Assembly: GCF_009834535.1 (NCBI RefSeq)
Contig: NC_045716.1
Coordinates: 28,520,001 to 28,584,000 of the forward strand
Direction: 5' to 3'
Length of the DNA stretch: 64,000 nt
DNA from: Camelus ferus
Lineage: Eukaryota
Of the stretch, positions 50,837-62,100 are shown piece by piece. The notes below the pieces were generated by a model. The model saw only the letters and a list, made by a program, of their open reading frames with translations, was not told where the DNA came from and did not search any database. Within the stretch, counting starts at the first letter, position 1. Each line of letters opens with the position of its first letter. A program made the translations under genes and the position numbers.

Positions 50837-50934
50837 GTAGGGCTGTCACCTCGCCCGAGGTCCTTTTTGATGGAGTTTTCTTTTGCCAAAGATTGGGGTG
50901 TAGAGAAGTCACTTTGTCTGTCCTCCCCAGAACT

Positions 50935-51408
50935 TGGTTTGTTCGTTCTTTCTCTTCTTATTCCATGACTTTTATTGAACGCCTCTGGTGTGACATCGGT
51001 GGTGAGAAAAAAAAACTGTGTGTGTGTCGTTTGTGGGGAGACAGACAAACAGGCAAACAGCTCAGTGAGAAGATGATTGCAACTCATGGTGGAGGGAAGA
51101 CCCACGAACGGCAAACTGGGAGCCTCCTCTGGCAGGTGGCGGGGACAAAGGTCTGAAGCTTGAGAAGGAAGGGTGTGGGAGGGGTGGAGGGAAGAGCATT
51201 TGGGACCGGGAACCGAGTGTGTGGGATCCCTGAGGACTGGGAAGACATGCACGTGGCTGTTGTGTGGGAGGGCTGACTGGGAGGAGGATGAAGAGGAGGG
51301 CAGGGTCAGACCACGCGCACCTCAGAGGCCGAGGGAAGGAGCTTGTGCTTTATCCGAAGAGAAATGAAAAGATGTTGAACGTCCGCAGTGGGAGAGGGAC
51401 TTGGTCCA
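50935..51408 (-). mobile_element. L2a-like 3' end
   Basis: gacttttattgaacgcctctggtgtg, gtggggagacagacaaac, gggaagagcatttgggaccgggaacc, gaaggagcttgtgctttatcc. Confidence 0.75.
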
Positions 51409-51409
51409 G

Positions 51410-52130
51410 GTTTTGTTGTTAAGTCAGGTTTATTGGGACACAGTCGACGTCAGTAAAATCCACCCTTTTCATTGCACTGTTCTGAGTTTCAGCAAACGCA
51501 GTCGTGTAAGCGTCACAGTCAAGATGCGGAGCGGCTCTGCAGTCAGCGCTCCCAATCGCCGGCCCCCGGCAGCCCCGTCAGACTCCTGTCCCTGTGGCAG
51601 TTTTGCCTTTTCCGGAATGTCCTTGGAAGGGGTGGCCGGGTGTCACCTTTGCATCTGTCTTCCTTCGCTTGTCACTGTCTGACAGCCACACTGTCTTGGC
51701 GTTAATGGTCTGCCCATCTCAGTTGCTGGGTGGTTTTCGAGAACACAGGCGCTGTGCACCCAGCCACCTGCCCAAGGCATCTGGGCGCCTGGGCCCTGGC
51801 AGCCATGCTTGGCACTCCAGGAGCCCGGGAGTCCTGCTGGCATTTCTGCCCCTCCCACCAGTGCCCATCCAGGGCTCCATGCGTGCTTGTAGGGGTTTCT
51901 GGGTTGCACAGTACGAGCAGGTGTAACTTTGTAAGAAACTGCCAAAATTCATCCAAAGTGGCTGCACTCTGAGGGGCTCCCACCAGCAGCCCTGGGGGTT
52001 CCGGCGGCCCCGCTGTCGGATCCGTGAGCTGGGCCGTCCTGACGTGCGTGGGGCACCTCACTGGGGTTTTGATTTGCGTGTGCCTCGTGGCTGGTACCTT
52101 AGGCACCTTTCCATGGGCTCCAGTGCTGTT
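51410..52130 (-). mobile_element. L1MC/MB8-type 3' end
   Basis: aggtttattgggacacagtcgacgtcagtaaaatccacccttttc ... taactttgtaagaaactgccaaaattcatccaaagtggctgcac. Confidence 0.75.
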
Positions 52131-53683
52131 TTTGAAAGATATTTATTGAGGGTGGGGTGGAGGGGGCGCCAGCTGGGAGCCGAGGGTCTGAGGCCTGGTC
52201 TTAGTTCGGCCGCCAGCCTGGCGTGTGGCCTTGGGTGCCCACCTCTCCCCTCTTGACTGGCTTCCTGTGACTGTTTGCTGGGACAGCGGCACCTCACGGG
52301 GCTGCCGTGAGGATGGAGGCCAAGGTCACAGACGGGGAGGTGCTTTACGCGCCTATTGTGTGGTCACTGTCTTAACTTCCAAGAAAAGCTCCCAGCGGTC
52401 TCCTGGGCTCCGTTCCTGCCCCCAGACCTAGCAGACGCCCTCTGGCCCCGCTTCGCTCCCCACCGCAGCCACCATGGGGTCAGTAACGAGGAGGACCGTG
52501 GCTGAGCCGTCTGCAGCCTTGCTAGTCACGGGGCACTGTCACGTACGCGTCTTGTCTGTTTTCCCAGGAGAGGGAGGGAAAGCTTATCTGCGCTGACCTG
52601 CTCTTTCTGGAAAACTGTTTACGTCGCCACCCTCTAGTCCCCAGCCTCTGTCCGCCCCAACCCGGCTCCTCCCGTGTGCTCTCCTAAGAGACACAGGCAA
52701 TGCCTTGTTTCTGTTCTCTTGGGCTGAGAACCCTTGCGTCACCTGGACCCCCATCTTGCCTGCTACGTGGATTGTCATTCAGCAGGTCCTCTGGGGCCTT
52801 TTTGAAGATAAATACAAAATCTCTCACCACCTCCATCACCTGCTCCAGGTCCAAGCCCCTCCTCTCCCACCTGGACGTCAGCCAAGGCTTGCTAACAGGT
52901 CTCCCCGATCTCCCCTGCCCTGTGGCTGTCCTCCAGAGAGCAACCAGAGAGGTCCTGCGTCCCCTCTCAGAGCCCGGTCCCCTCTGCCACCTGCCCTCCT
53001 GCCCTGGGCGAGCATCCTGGCTTCTGCCTGAGGACCTTCTGCCCAGACCCCTCCATGCCGCCCGGCTCTGCACAACATGCGGGCTCAGCCCAAAGGCCCC
53101 TCCTCGGGCAACTTCCGTCCCTGTCCCTCCTCCCTTTCTTCTCGGCACACGGCCCCCACCACACGTTGCGAGTGTATTTAGTATTTTGGGTCTGTCCCCA
53201 CTCTGGGAGGTCACCCCATGCTGCTGAAAACTTGTAGGACCCTCCATCCTAAAGTCCCCTGGCGCCAGGCTGCAGCACAGGGCTCTCCAGAGTCAGCAGC
53301 TGGCTTGGTCCTTGCTGAAGGGACGAGCACACGAATGACGAGGAACCGAAGGCAAGGGGTGGCGGGGAGCTGCAGCAGCCCATCGTGTTGTGACAGTCCG
53401 CATGGGGGTGGGGGGGTGCACGGTTTCTCTGAAAGCACCTGGGAGTCCGCAGGTGGTCCTGTTGCGGGTGGATTCACACACAGCTTCTTGAGCCTTCGGT
53501 GTGAGTTCTATGGACTTTGAATGTCATTCTTCTAAAATTTCAGTATGTACATGTGTTTAACAGTGTCAGCAGGCTAGGGATAAAACGGCACGTGTGTTTA
53601 TAACAAGCAGACAGAACGATTCCCAGGCGGAGACGAGCAATGAGAAAATTGCTTGCTAACTGGGGGCGACTTTGCCCACCAGG

Positions 53684-53890
53684 TAGGGTTGTCAGATAAA
53701 GCACAGAGTGCCTGGCCAAATGTGAATTTTGGAACTTTGGGTAAACAAATAGGATTTTTTTTTAAAAAAGCGTAAGTATATCCCAATTATTGCTTGGGAT
53801 ATACTTATACTAGAGTTATTTATTTCTTCCCTGAAATACAAGTCGAACAGGGTGTCCTATATTGTTTATTTGCTGAATCTGGCAGCCCCG
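53684..53890. mobile_element. MER53 palindromic hAT MITE
   Basis: Termini tagggttgtcagataaa ... atctggcagccccg. Central perfect inverted repeat taagtatatcccaa-ttattgc-ttgggatatactta. Confidence 0.9.
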
Positions 53891-54991
53891 TCCTGGAGAG
53901 GATGCCTGGCAGCATCTGGAGACAGGCTTGAGGTTGCGGCTGAGGGGGTGCTCCTGGCCTCTAGCGGGAGAGGGCTGCTGCTTGACAGCCCACAGCGTTC
54001 GGGACGGCCCCTTGTGACACAGAACGAGTTGCCCATGCGTCATGTGTGTCCGCCTAGAGGAGGACAGCTTGCTTGTGCTGGGGGCCCTCCTGGTCCTTGT
54101 AACGCTCGGGGAAGGGGCTTTCTGCTCGGTGGGCTCAGGGTCTGCTCCAGAAGCCACAGGCGGCCCAGTGACAACTGCTTACAATGTTCAAGGAAAAGAA
54201 AAGTCCAGAGCCTCAGGTGGTCTGTGCAGGCGAGCCAGGCCCACTCGTCAGGGAAGGTGATGGCCGTCGTGAGAAACTCAACCCCTTGTGGATTCTTTTC
54301 CTGGATCTTTGTTTTTTGACGTCATTTCCTCCCTGAGTGATCCGTCCACGTGATGCTGAAGCGCCAAGAGGACGGGCTCTCCCCTGAAGACCCTTCCCTG
54401 CCTCTCCTCCCGCCCGATCCTCCTTCCCCAAAGTCTTACTCTTCTCTCAGTTGTTTCTCATGATCATTTTTCACCAAACATGTAAGTTTTGTTTTTATTG
54501 CTACTTCTTAATTGTTTGCATTTAAAAAAAATACGTTTTGTCTCTTACACAGCTCCCACCCTGTGCACCCCTGCAGCCGCTTCCCGTCCTCCTGAGAAGG
54601 GTCCGCCGTGACCCCTGGTTAAGTCGGCGCTTGGTGTGTGAACGGGCACCGAGCCGCGGGACGGCTTAGTGTTCCATTTCTGTCCACGAACAGCTTTATG
54701 TTTTCTCTGGGACTGCCCGATGCTCCTCTCCTTCAGGCTTAGTTTTCTATGTCTGGTCCTTTGCTTTTCCTCCACGCCGTTTAACTCAAAGGTAGGACTT
54801 CTCTTCGAGCGGTAAGCCCTGCAGACGGGGCTGCGCTGCACTGTCGGGGGTGGAGGGCGGGCTGCCTCTCTCTTCCTCCTGGAAGCACTGTTTCCTGGAC
54901 CTCCTGTCTTGCCTTCTCTTGGTGTCCGCCGTCCCTTCATAGCCTCCTGGGACATGGTGGGTGGTAGTGTGAGTGACAAACATTGCAGCCA

Positions 54992-55477
54992 CATCAGTGA
55001 ACAAAGGGTGTGTGTCTCCATCGAGTCATCGCTGCGGCCACCCCTGCCCCCTGATGGTGAGCCCTGAGGGAACTCAGGGTGGAAACAGGACGCCCCACCA
55101 ACCCTCAGCCTCCGCAGCCGCCTGCAGGGTGCCCCTGCAGGGACTCGGGGTGGGGAAGCCCGGGACACTGGCCCTAAACAGCTCAGGGCACACGGAAGGG
55201 ACGATTTCAGTGAGCCCAGACTCTTGCATCTTCCCAGACGTAAGAAGGCGCTCAGTTCCTCAACTTGGGACGTCTGGTTTTCTTTAATTGTAACGGTAAC
55301 CTTCTGATGTTCCGACTACCCGGTCTTTGTTGTAGAATCTCCTGTATGCCTCACCTCTTGGAAACAGTCCCTCCGAGCGATCTGAGAGGCTGTCTCCCGG
55401 GCTTGAGGGCCTCAGAGAGTCTGCCGAATGAAACGTGACTCTCAACTTCTAATGTGTGCGTTTTTTTCCACTGGACA
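54992..55477 (+). mobile_element. ERV1-type solo LTR (cetartiodactyl MER41/LTR39-like)
   Basis: catcagtgaacaaagggtg ... gccctgagggaactcaggg ... cttgcatcttccc ... gaaacagtccctccgagcgatctgagaggctgtctcccgggctt ... tgtgcgtttttttccactggaca. Family name from memory. Confidence 0.65.
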
Positions 55478-56140
55478 GTGGGAAAGTTTTTAAGAACCTG
55501 CAAGTCTGAAAATGTCCTTATTCTGCCCTTACACTCGATAACCTGTCTGACTGCAGAATTCGAGGTTTAAAGGAATTACCCCCCAAACTTTGAAGGCACT
55601 TCCACGCTGTATCCTAGCATCGGGGGTTGCCACTGAGAAACGAATGCCACCAGATTCCTGACCTTCTGTGATGTGTTCTGTGTCTCCGGAAACTCCCAGG
55701 CCCCTCCTCCTGAAGCGCCACGGCGCTAGCCTGCAGCACGCCCCTCTCCTGAGGAGCCGTCTGGAGACTCCGCTGCCCTTCCGCTGGGAAGACTCGTGCC
55801 CTCACTTCTGCAAAGTTTCCTTTTATTGTTTCTTCAGTTAATTGTTTTATTGCTTTTGCCTCCGTGCCGTGTGTCCTGTAACTTCTGTCGGTCAGGCCTT
55901 GTGCCCTTTGGGCTGACCTTTTATTTTTGTCTCTCTTTCCCCTATTTCTAGCCTTTCAATGTCCTTCTCTTCAGCTGTTCAGCTTTCCAGGTAGTGTCTT
56001 CAAGCCCTTTCTTCCTACTTTCCCATGGTATTTTTGGTTTTGTTTTACTAGTATATTTTAAATTTTCAAGATTTTTCCTAATTGTTCAAGTTTTTCTTAT
56101 GATAGCACCCTGGTTTTTTTTTAGCTTGCTTTTTTGATTC
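55478..56140 (-). mobile_element. Old L1M ORF1-region fragment
   Basis: ctgcagaattcgaggtttaaagg...aactttgaaggcacttccacgctgtatcctagcatcgggggttgccactgagaaa. Confidence 0.6.
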
Positions 56141-56149
56141 ATTCATTTA

Positions 56150-56330
56150 TTTTAATTTTTAAAGCAACTTTACTGTGGGATAATTTCTGCACAGTAAACT
56201 ACACATACTTTAGACGTTCAGTTTGGTGCCTTTTGACAGACGTGTGGAAACCATCACTGCGCCACAATCGAGGCAGCGAACGTTCCCATCACCCCCCGGA
56301 GGTGCGGCACCCTGCTCAGGACTCCACGCA
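56150..56330 (-). mobile_element. L1MC-type 3' end
   Basis: aactttactgtgggataatttctgcacagtaaactacacatactttagacgttcagtttggtgccttttgacag. Confidence 0.65.
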
Positions 56331-57300
56331 CATCACCTTTTCTCTCCTGGGGGTGGTTGGCTGCACTTTCTCTCCACCTCTCTTGTTCTCCCTGCATTTC
56401 CTGTTTCCTGAGAGTTCGTTTTTCTTTCTTCCATTTTTGTCTCCCAGTTTTGGGGTTCGACCTCTGTCTTTGCTGTGAGTGTCTGCACTCGTGTCCCGGG
56501 CCCCTGGCAGACCCCAGCTCAGCACGGGCGTGAGCAGGACTGTACATTACTCTGAGGGAAGCTGGGCTTGCCCAGGGCCTTCTCAGGAGGGCAGTGGCCA
56601 GGAGCCAGTGGTTCTGCTGGAGAGGATTCCCAGAGTCAGTGTCTGTGCTCGCTGCCCTGGGATGACAGTTTTTCTGGGGTGGGGTCCTCCAGCTTCCAGC
56701 TGTGGGTGAGGAGGCTGCCGGCCGGTGCGTGGGAGGAGGGGTGCAGGTCTCAGGGTGCGGCAGGCAGCCGCCACTCGATGGCTGATGGATGGACTGGGCG
56801 GCGAGCACTTTTCTCGCATCATGCCTTGGTCCCTAACTTGAGAACAAGCCCCTGCCCATGCCAGGGTGGGGAGATGGTCCCGTCTGGCGGGGGTGGGAGG
56901 CAAGTGGACGGAGGTCCGGCAGTGATCTTGTTTCCCAGCTCAGCCCACACTGCCGTCCTCGGGGACTCCTGGGCCTCATGTCCTCAGCCGCCAGTTAGTC
57001 AGGCCCCTTCCTGTGGGCGCCAAAGCCTCGTCCCTCAGCTCCGCCTCGGCTGCTGGGACCCCCCAGCTTCTCTCCACCCGTGTTTGGTCTTCTGTCCGAT
57101 GGTGTCCGCGCCTGCCTGCTTTGCTCCTGCTGGGCCCATGCCTTCTACCCCTTGCCCTTGTTTCGGTTTTGTAAGGGGGTGAGATGGTGTGCGTCCTGCC
57201 AGCCAGCTCAGTGGGCCCCGTGGAAGCTTTTTATACCTAAGAGAGAGTCTCTGGGGGTGTCGTGCCTCTGGCCCCTCTCAAACAGTCGTTGGCTTCTCTT

Positions 57301-57961
57301 TTTTAAATTTAATTTCATTTAAATTTGTTTTTTACTTGAAGTGTAGCCAGTTTACAATGTTGTGTCAGTTTCTGGCGTACAGCACAGTGCTTCAGTCACA
57401 CATGCACATGCATATATTCCTTTTCAGATTCTTTTCCATTATAGGTCACTACAAGATACTGAATATAGTTCCCTGTGCTGCACAGAAGAAACTTGTTGTT
57501 TATCTGTTTTATGTATAGTAGTTAGTATCTGCAAATCTCGAACTCCCAATTTATCCCTTCCCCCTCCCTTCCCCCCGTGACCGTTAGTTTGTTTTCTGTG
57601 AGTTTGTTTCTGTTTTGTAAATAAATTCATTTGTGTCCTTTTTTTTTTTTAAGGTTCCACATAGAAGTGATATCATACGGCATTTTTCTTTCTCTTTCTG
57701 GCTTCCTTCACTTAGTATGATGATCTCCAGGTCCATCCATGTTGCTGCAAATGGCATTGTTTTATTCTGTTTTTGGCTGAGTAGTATTCCATTGTTTAAA
57801 TAAACCACAGTGTCTTTATCCAGTCATCGGTCATTGGGCGTTTAGGCTGTTTCCATGTCCTGGCTGTTGTAAACAGCGCTGCTGTGAACACTGGGGTGCA
57901 GGTGTCTTTTCGAGTTAAGGTTCCCTCTGGATCCACGGCCAGGAGCGGGATTGCTGGGTCA
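57301..57961 (-). mobile_element. 5'-truncated lineage-specific L1 (~660 bp) with TSD
   Basis: ORFs give DPAIPLLAVDP...CTPVFTAALFTTARTWKQPK and MPFAATWMDLEIIILSE (L1 ORF2 C-terminus). TSD gttggcttctctt (57288-57300) / gctggtttctctt (57962-57974). Confidence 0.95.
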
Positions 57962-57999
57962 GCTGGTTTCTCTTCGTAATGAAGAAAGAGAAAGCCAGA

Positions 58000-58087
58000 G
58001 GGGAGGGTGGAGTGGTAGAGTGTGTGCTCAGCGTGCACGAGGTCCTGGGTTTTATCCCCAGAGCATCCGTTAGGGGGGAATAAAACA
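58000..58087 (+). mobile_element. Camelid tRNA-derived SINE (Vic-1-like), shortened
   Basis: ggggagggtggagtggtagagtgtgtgctcagcgtgcacgaggtcctgggttttatccccagagcatcc. Confidence 0.8.
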
Positions 58088-58129
58088 GGGAAGCAGCATC
58101 CAGCTAGAATGTAATCACAGTGTGTTATT

Positions 58130-58340
58130 TTCATTGTATTTTATTTTCCTGGGTCCCTAATTTTTTTTTAAGTGAATAATACAGATTTCCCACTGGTCGT
58201 AGTGACATAAATTCCTTTTGGAAGTAAATTTAGGTATTTAAGAAATGGATTGGCTTTAAAGAAAGATGTTAAGTGAGTAACAAGGTGTAGAGACTTAGCC
58301 AACATCACTAGGCAGCTGCATGAATGGCTGGTGTCAGGGA
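58130..58340. mobile_element. Possible hAT-Charlie MITE remnant
   Basis: tttaaagaaagatgttaagtgagtaacaaggtgtagagacttagccaacatcac resembles a Charlie-family MITE interior; family not assigned. Confidence 0.35.
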
Positions 58341-58659
58341 GACCCTGAAATGCTGGGAAGCCCCTTGTCCTGCATGGGCAGACCTGGGCTCCACCCTGGC
58401 CCCACCTCTCACAGTGGAGGCCCACCTGCCGCCTATCCCAGGGTCACTCTGAGAATTCACCATGATGTTGGGATGAAGTGCTTAGCAGGGACACCTAATC
58501 ACGTGTGGAGCGCGTTTCAGAGGTCGCCGCCCCGGGCCCTCCGTGTCGAACCTGCCGCAGCGCCACCCCAGCTCTGAAGCAGGACACCTGCCCTCGATGT
58601 GGCCAGGACCACACCTGAGAAGAAGGGGCTCACAATTTCTGCTTCAGACACACACACAC

Positions 58660-58860
58660 CTAATAACAATCACAGCGTCCCTGAGCCCTGTGCCTGCACA
58701 GTGACTCCGTCATCTCTAATCAGCGTTGCCCTCGGTGTCAGACGGTGGGAAGCGTTCACGGGCTGCGGCAAAATGAGGAAATTGCAGAGAGTTTAGAAGC
58801 TGGTGTAGGGCTCGCAGCTGTGCTGCTTTGGGGAGAAAGTCTTGATCCTGAGATTGTGTG
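58660..58860 (-). mobile_element. Degraded MIR
   Basis: aaaatgaggaaattgcagagagtttagaagctggtgtagggctcgcagctg. Confidence 0.45.
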
Positions 58861-59479
58861 CTTTTTGTCATTTGAGGAAATGATGATGATGGTAGAGGAT
58901 AATGGGTTTGGGGGGTTTTATTTAAAATGTGGAAATGAAAAATTGACAGTTCTGTAGTAGACAAAAGACTTCTGAAAATTGTATTGACTTTTGGTTCTGG
59001 ACCTCTGACTGTCCAGTATCGGGCAGCAGGAACAAGAATGACCTGCTTGCTGTAAAGAGCTAGGAAACCGCATGGAGGGGACAAAGCATGGCTGTCACAC
59101 ACTGGACAACGGACCCTACGAGGGAGCAAGCAAGGGCCCATGACTGCCCCAGCTCCCTGCAGGGAGGGGAAGTGAATAGAGGTGGAGATGTCCCTGAGTG
59201 GAGGAGACAGAACCTGGGGTGCAGGGAGGCCGAGCCAGCAAGGCCTGGACGGCAGAGGGCTGCACAGGGCCCCGCGGCGTCGTGGTAAGTGCTGATGTGT
59301 GCACGTACGTGAAAAAATGGCAGAAAGCTGGCAGCAGACCTACCCGAGGCAGCAGACAGAGCGGTGCCTGGCACTCATGCGGGGCCGAGGACACGCTGTG
59401 CTGGCAGCGGTCAGCGTGGAAAGACCTCTGCGTGCACTGGCACTAGCAGCCTCCTCAGGAGTGTATTCTCAATAATGGT

Positions 59480-62100
59480 GATAAATTAGTTTTAGCCTAA
59501 ATCTGCTCTGGACCCACCCCCAGCGACACTTGAACGCAAGCCTCAGAAGGTCTGACAAATTCCAGACAACTCAGAACTGCACACCAGAATAAAAGCCAAG
59601 ACTATTGAAAGGAGCACCACAAAAGCCAGAAAGCAGCAGTGAACATTCACAATGTCTTGCCATCAACCAAAACTGACCATGCGTGCGAAACAAGCAGGGA
59701 ATTCAGACCCAAAATCAAGGTGGAAATAGTCGATAGAAAGACACCCTCAACATGGCAGAGATGATGGAGTTCACAGACGAGGATGTTGAAACAGCCACTA
59801 AAAATGTGTTTCATACATTTAAGAAGCAAGAGTCATAAATAATAAGACAAGAAATAGAAGATATAAAAACAGCCACAAATGGGTCTTTGAGATGAAAATT
59901 TATTATCCAAAATGAAAATCGTGCTGGGTAGAATTCACAGTGGAGTAAACACTCTAGAATTAAAGATCAGCGAGTTTGAAGCCACAGAAACTATTCAAAT
60001 TAGAGCGGAGAGGAAAAAGACTTGAAAAACAAAATAATAGAACCCAGTGATCCATGGGATAATATCCAGCCACCTAGCCTGTGAGTGATTGGAGTTCTAG
60101 AAAGACGAGAGAGAGGCAGGGACAAAAAACCCTGTGGAGAAATCATGGCCAAACGTCCTCTGGATTCAGTGGAAACTATAAGCCCACAGATCCAGGGAGA
60201 TAAATAAATCTTACGTAGAATAAACATTGAGAAAACCACGTTAAGACACGTTGTAAACCAACTGCTGAAAACCAGCAATGAGAAGAAATCTCAGAAGCAG
60301 CCAGATAAAAATGACACATTGTGGACGGAGGAGCAGAAGTGTGGGAGACGGCAGACTTCTCGCCAGAGACCGTGTGGGCCAGAAAACAATGGGCACACGT
60401 CTTTTATGTGTGAAAAGAGGGGGAAACCTGTGCGCAGTGATTGTATTAACCAGTGAAAATACGGTCCAAAACAGAAATAAAATTAAGACCATTTTGGACA
60501 AACAAAAACTGATAGAACTCATTGTCAGCAAATCTGCTTTACAAGAAATGTTAAAGGGAGTTATTCAGGCAGAAAAAAAAATGATCCCACATGGAACTTT
60601 AGATCCACACAAAGCAGCGAAGAGAGCCAGAAATAGTAATTAAGCAGGCGAATGTAAAAGGTATTTTTCTCATTTTCATGTCTCCTGCAGTGGTATTTCA
60701 CTGTTTAAAGCAAGAATAACAACAGTGTATCTTGGGGTTGGTGGTTTACCTGGAGGTAAAATCTGTGACAGTGGTGGTGCAATGAATGGGAGGGGCCGTG
60801 GGAGGTTATCGCTGGGTGATTCTTACAGCACGTGTGACGTGGGTAATGTCATTTGGCTGTGAGAGTTAGGGAGGTATGTTATAACCTCTGGAACATCCAT
60901 TAAAAATAAAAAAATTAAGGCATAACTAATAAGCCCATAGTGGGGATCAAGGAGAATCTTTAAAATAAAACCCTCAGTTAATCTAAGAGAAGGCATGACA
61001 ATAAGAAAAAGAAACATAGAGCAGAGAGGGCAAATAGAAACCCAAAGTCAAGGAGGCAGATTTAAATCCAACCGTCTCAAAGATTACCTTAAATGTAAAC
61101 CATCTAACATTCGGGATAAAGACAGAGATTGCAAGATAGGAGGAAGAAACAAGACCCAAGTAAATGCTGCCCACGAGAAGGGCCATTGACACAGAAAGCC
61201 ACCCAGGGTTAAAAGTAACAGAAGGGGGTAGGGTGCACCCCGCTGACACAGGCCAAGAAAGCCGGCGTGGCCGTGCGGACACCAGACACAGGAAAATGCG
61301 TATCAAAGGGTATTTCCAGGGACAAGGAAGTCCATTCGTCAAGGTAGAGGGGTCAGTTCATCACAAAGGCACAAGCACTAAATGTGTACATATCACACGA
61401 CAGCATGGAGGGAAATGCAGGGAAACCGAGGGAGCTCAAAGGAGAAGTGGAGAAAACACAGTTACCGCCTGACTCCACTGCCCTGGGGCTGCTCAGGGCT
61501 CCACTGGAGGAGCAGAGGCGGGCGGAGGTGTGCATCTGTCGAGAAGACAAGGGGTCAGCTCTGCTGTTGTGGAGGCTGCAAAGCGAGGCTGACGGGGGTG
61601 CAGGCATGGCCAGCGATGTTGCTCACGGGAGCAATGGCTTCTTTCCCTGGGGGAGCCTCAGCCCGGCTTTTAAGGTGATTAAGTTGAGACCACATGAATC
61701 ACCTCCTTTACTTAAAGCCAACTGATCAGGGACTTTAATCACATCTGCAAAATCCCTTCTCGGATGAGTGTTTGCCTGGATAACTGGGGACTGCATCCCA
61801 GCAAAGCAGACACACCAGGAAGCCACCGCAACCCTCCCCGATGACCGAGAGAACAGGGAGAAACTTAGTGACAATACAGAGACTTGGAAACGTTATCAGT
61901 TAACTTTAACCTAATCGGCATTTACAGAGCATTCCACCCGACGGCAGTGGAACACACATGGAAAATTCATCCAGATGGACTGCATCCTGGACTGTAAAAT
62001 AGATTGCAATACATTTAACAAGATTAAAGCCATACAAAGTATGTTTTCTGACCACGGGGGACTGATTTCAAAGAGGTCAGGAGATTTCTCCAAGACCAGG
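59480..62100 (+). mobile_element. Old L1M 5' half (ORF1, inter-ORF, ORF2 endonuclease), decayed, sense
   Basis: ORF 60278.. KIKTILDKQKLIELIVSKSALQEMLKGVIQAE (ORF1 C-terminus). ORF 61164.. GLKV...FVKVEGSVHH and ORF 61975.. MDCILDCK...FNKIKAIQSMFSDHGG (endonuclease domain). Multiple stops and frameshifts. Confidence 0.9.
61540..61815 (-). mobile_element. MLT2-type LTR nested in the L1 endonuclease region
   Basis: ctttacttaaagccaactgatcagggactttaatcacatctgcaaaatcccttc...tgtttgcctggataactgggg; related to 49520-49931. Confidence 0.75.

Noticed and set aside
54451-54487. Possible 31-nt micro-exon (ctctcAG ... CAT|GTAAGT)
   Set aside because: Weak exonic side of the donor and pyrimidine-rich exon body; such pairs occur by chance. 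Also rejected: similar weak candidates at 45333-45380 and the lone donor at 62899.
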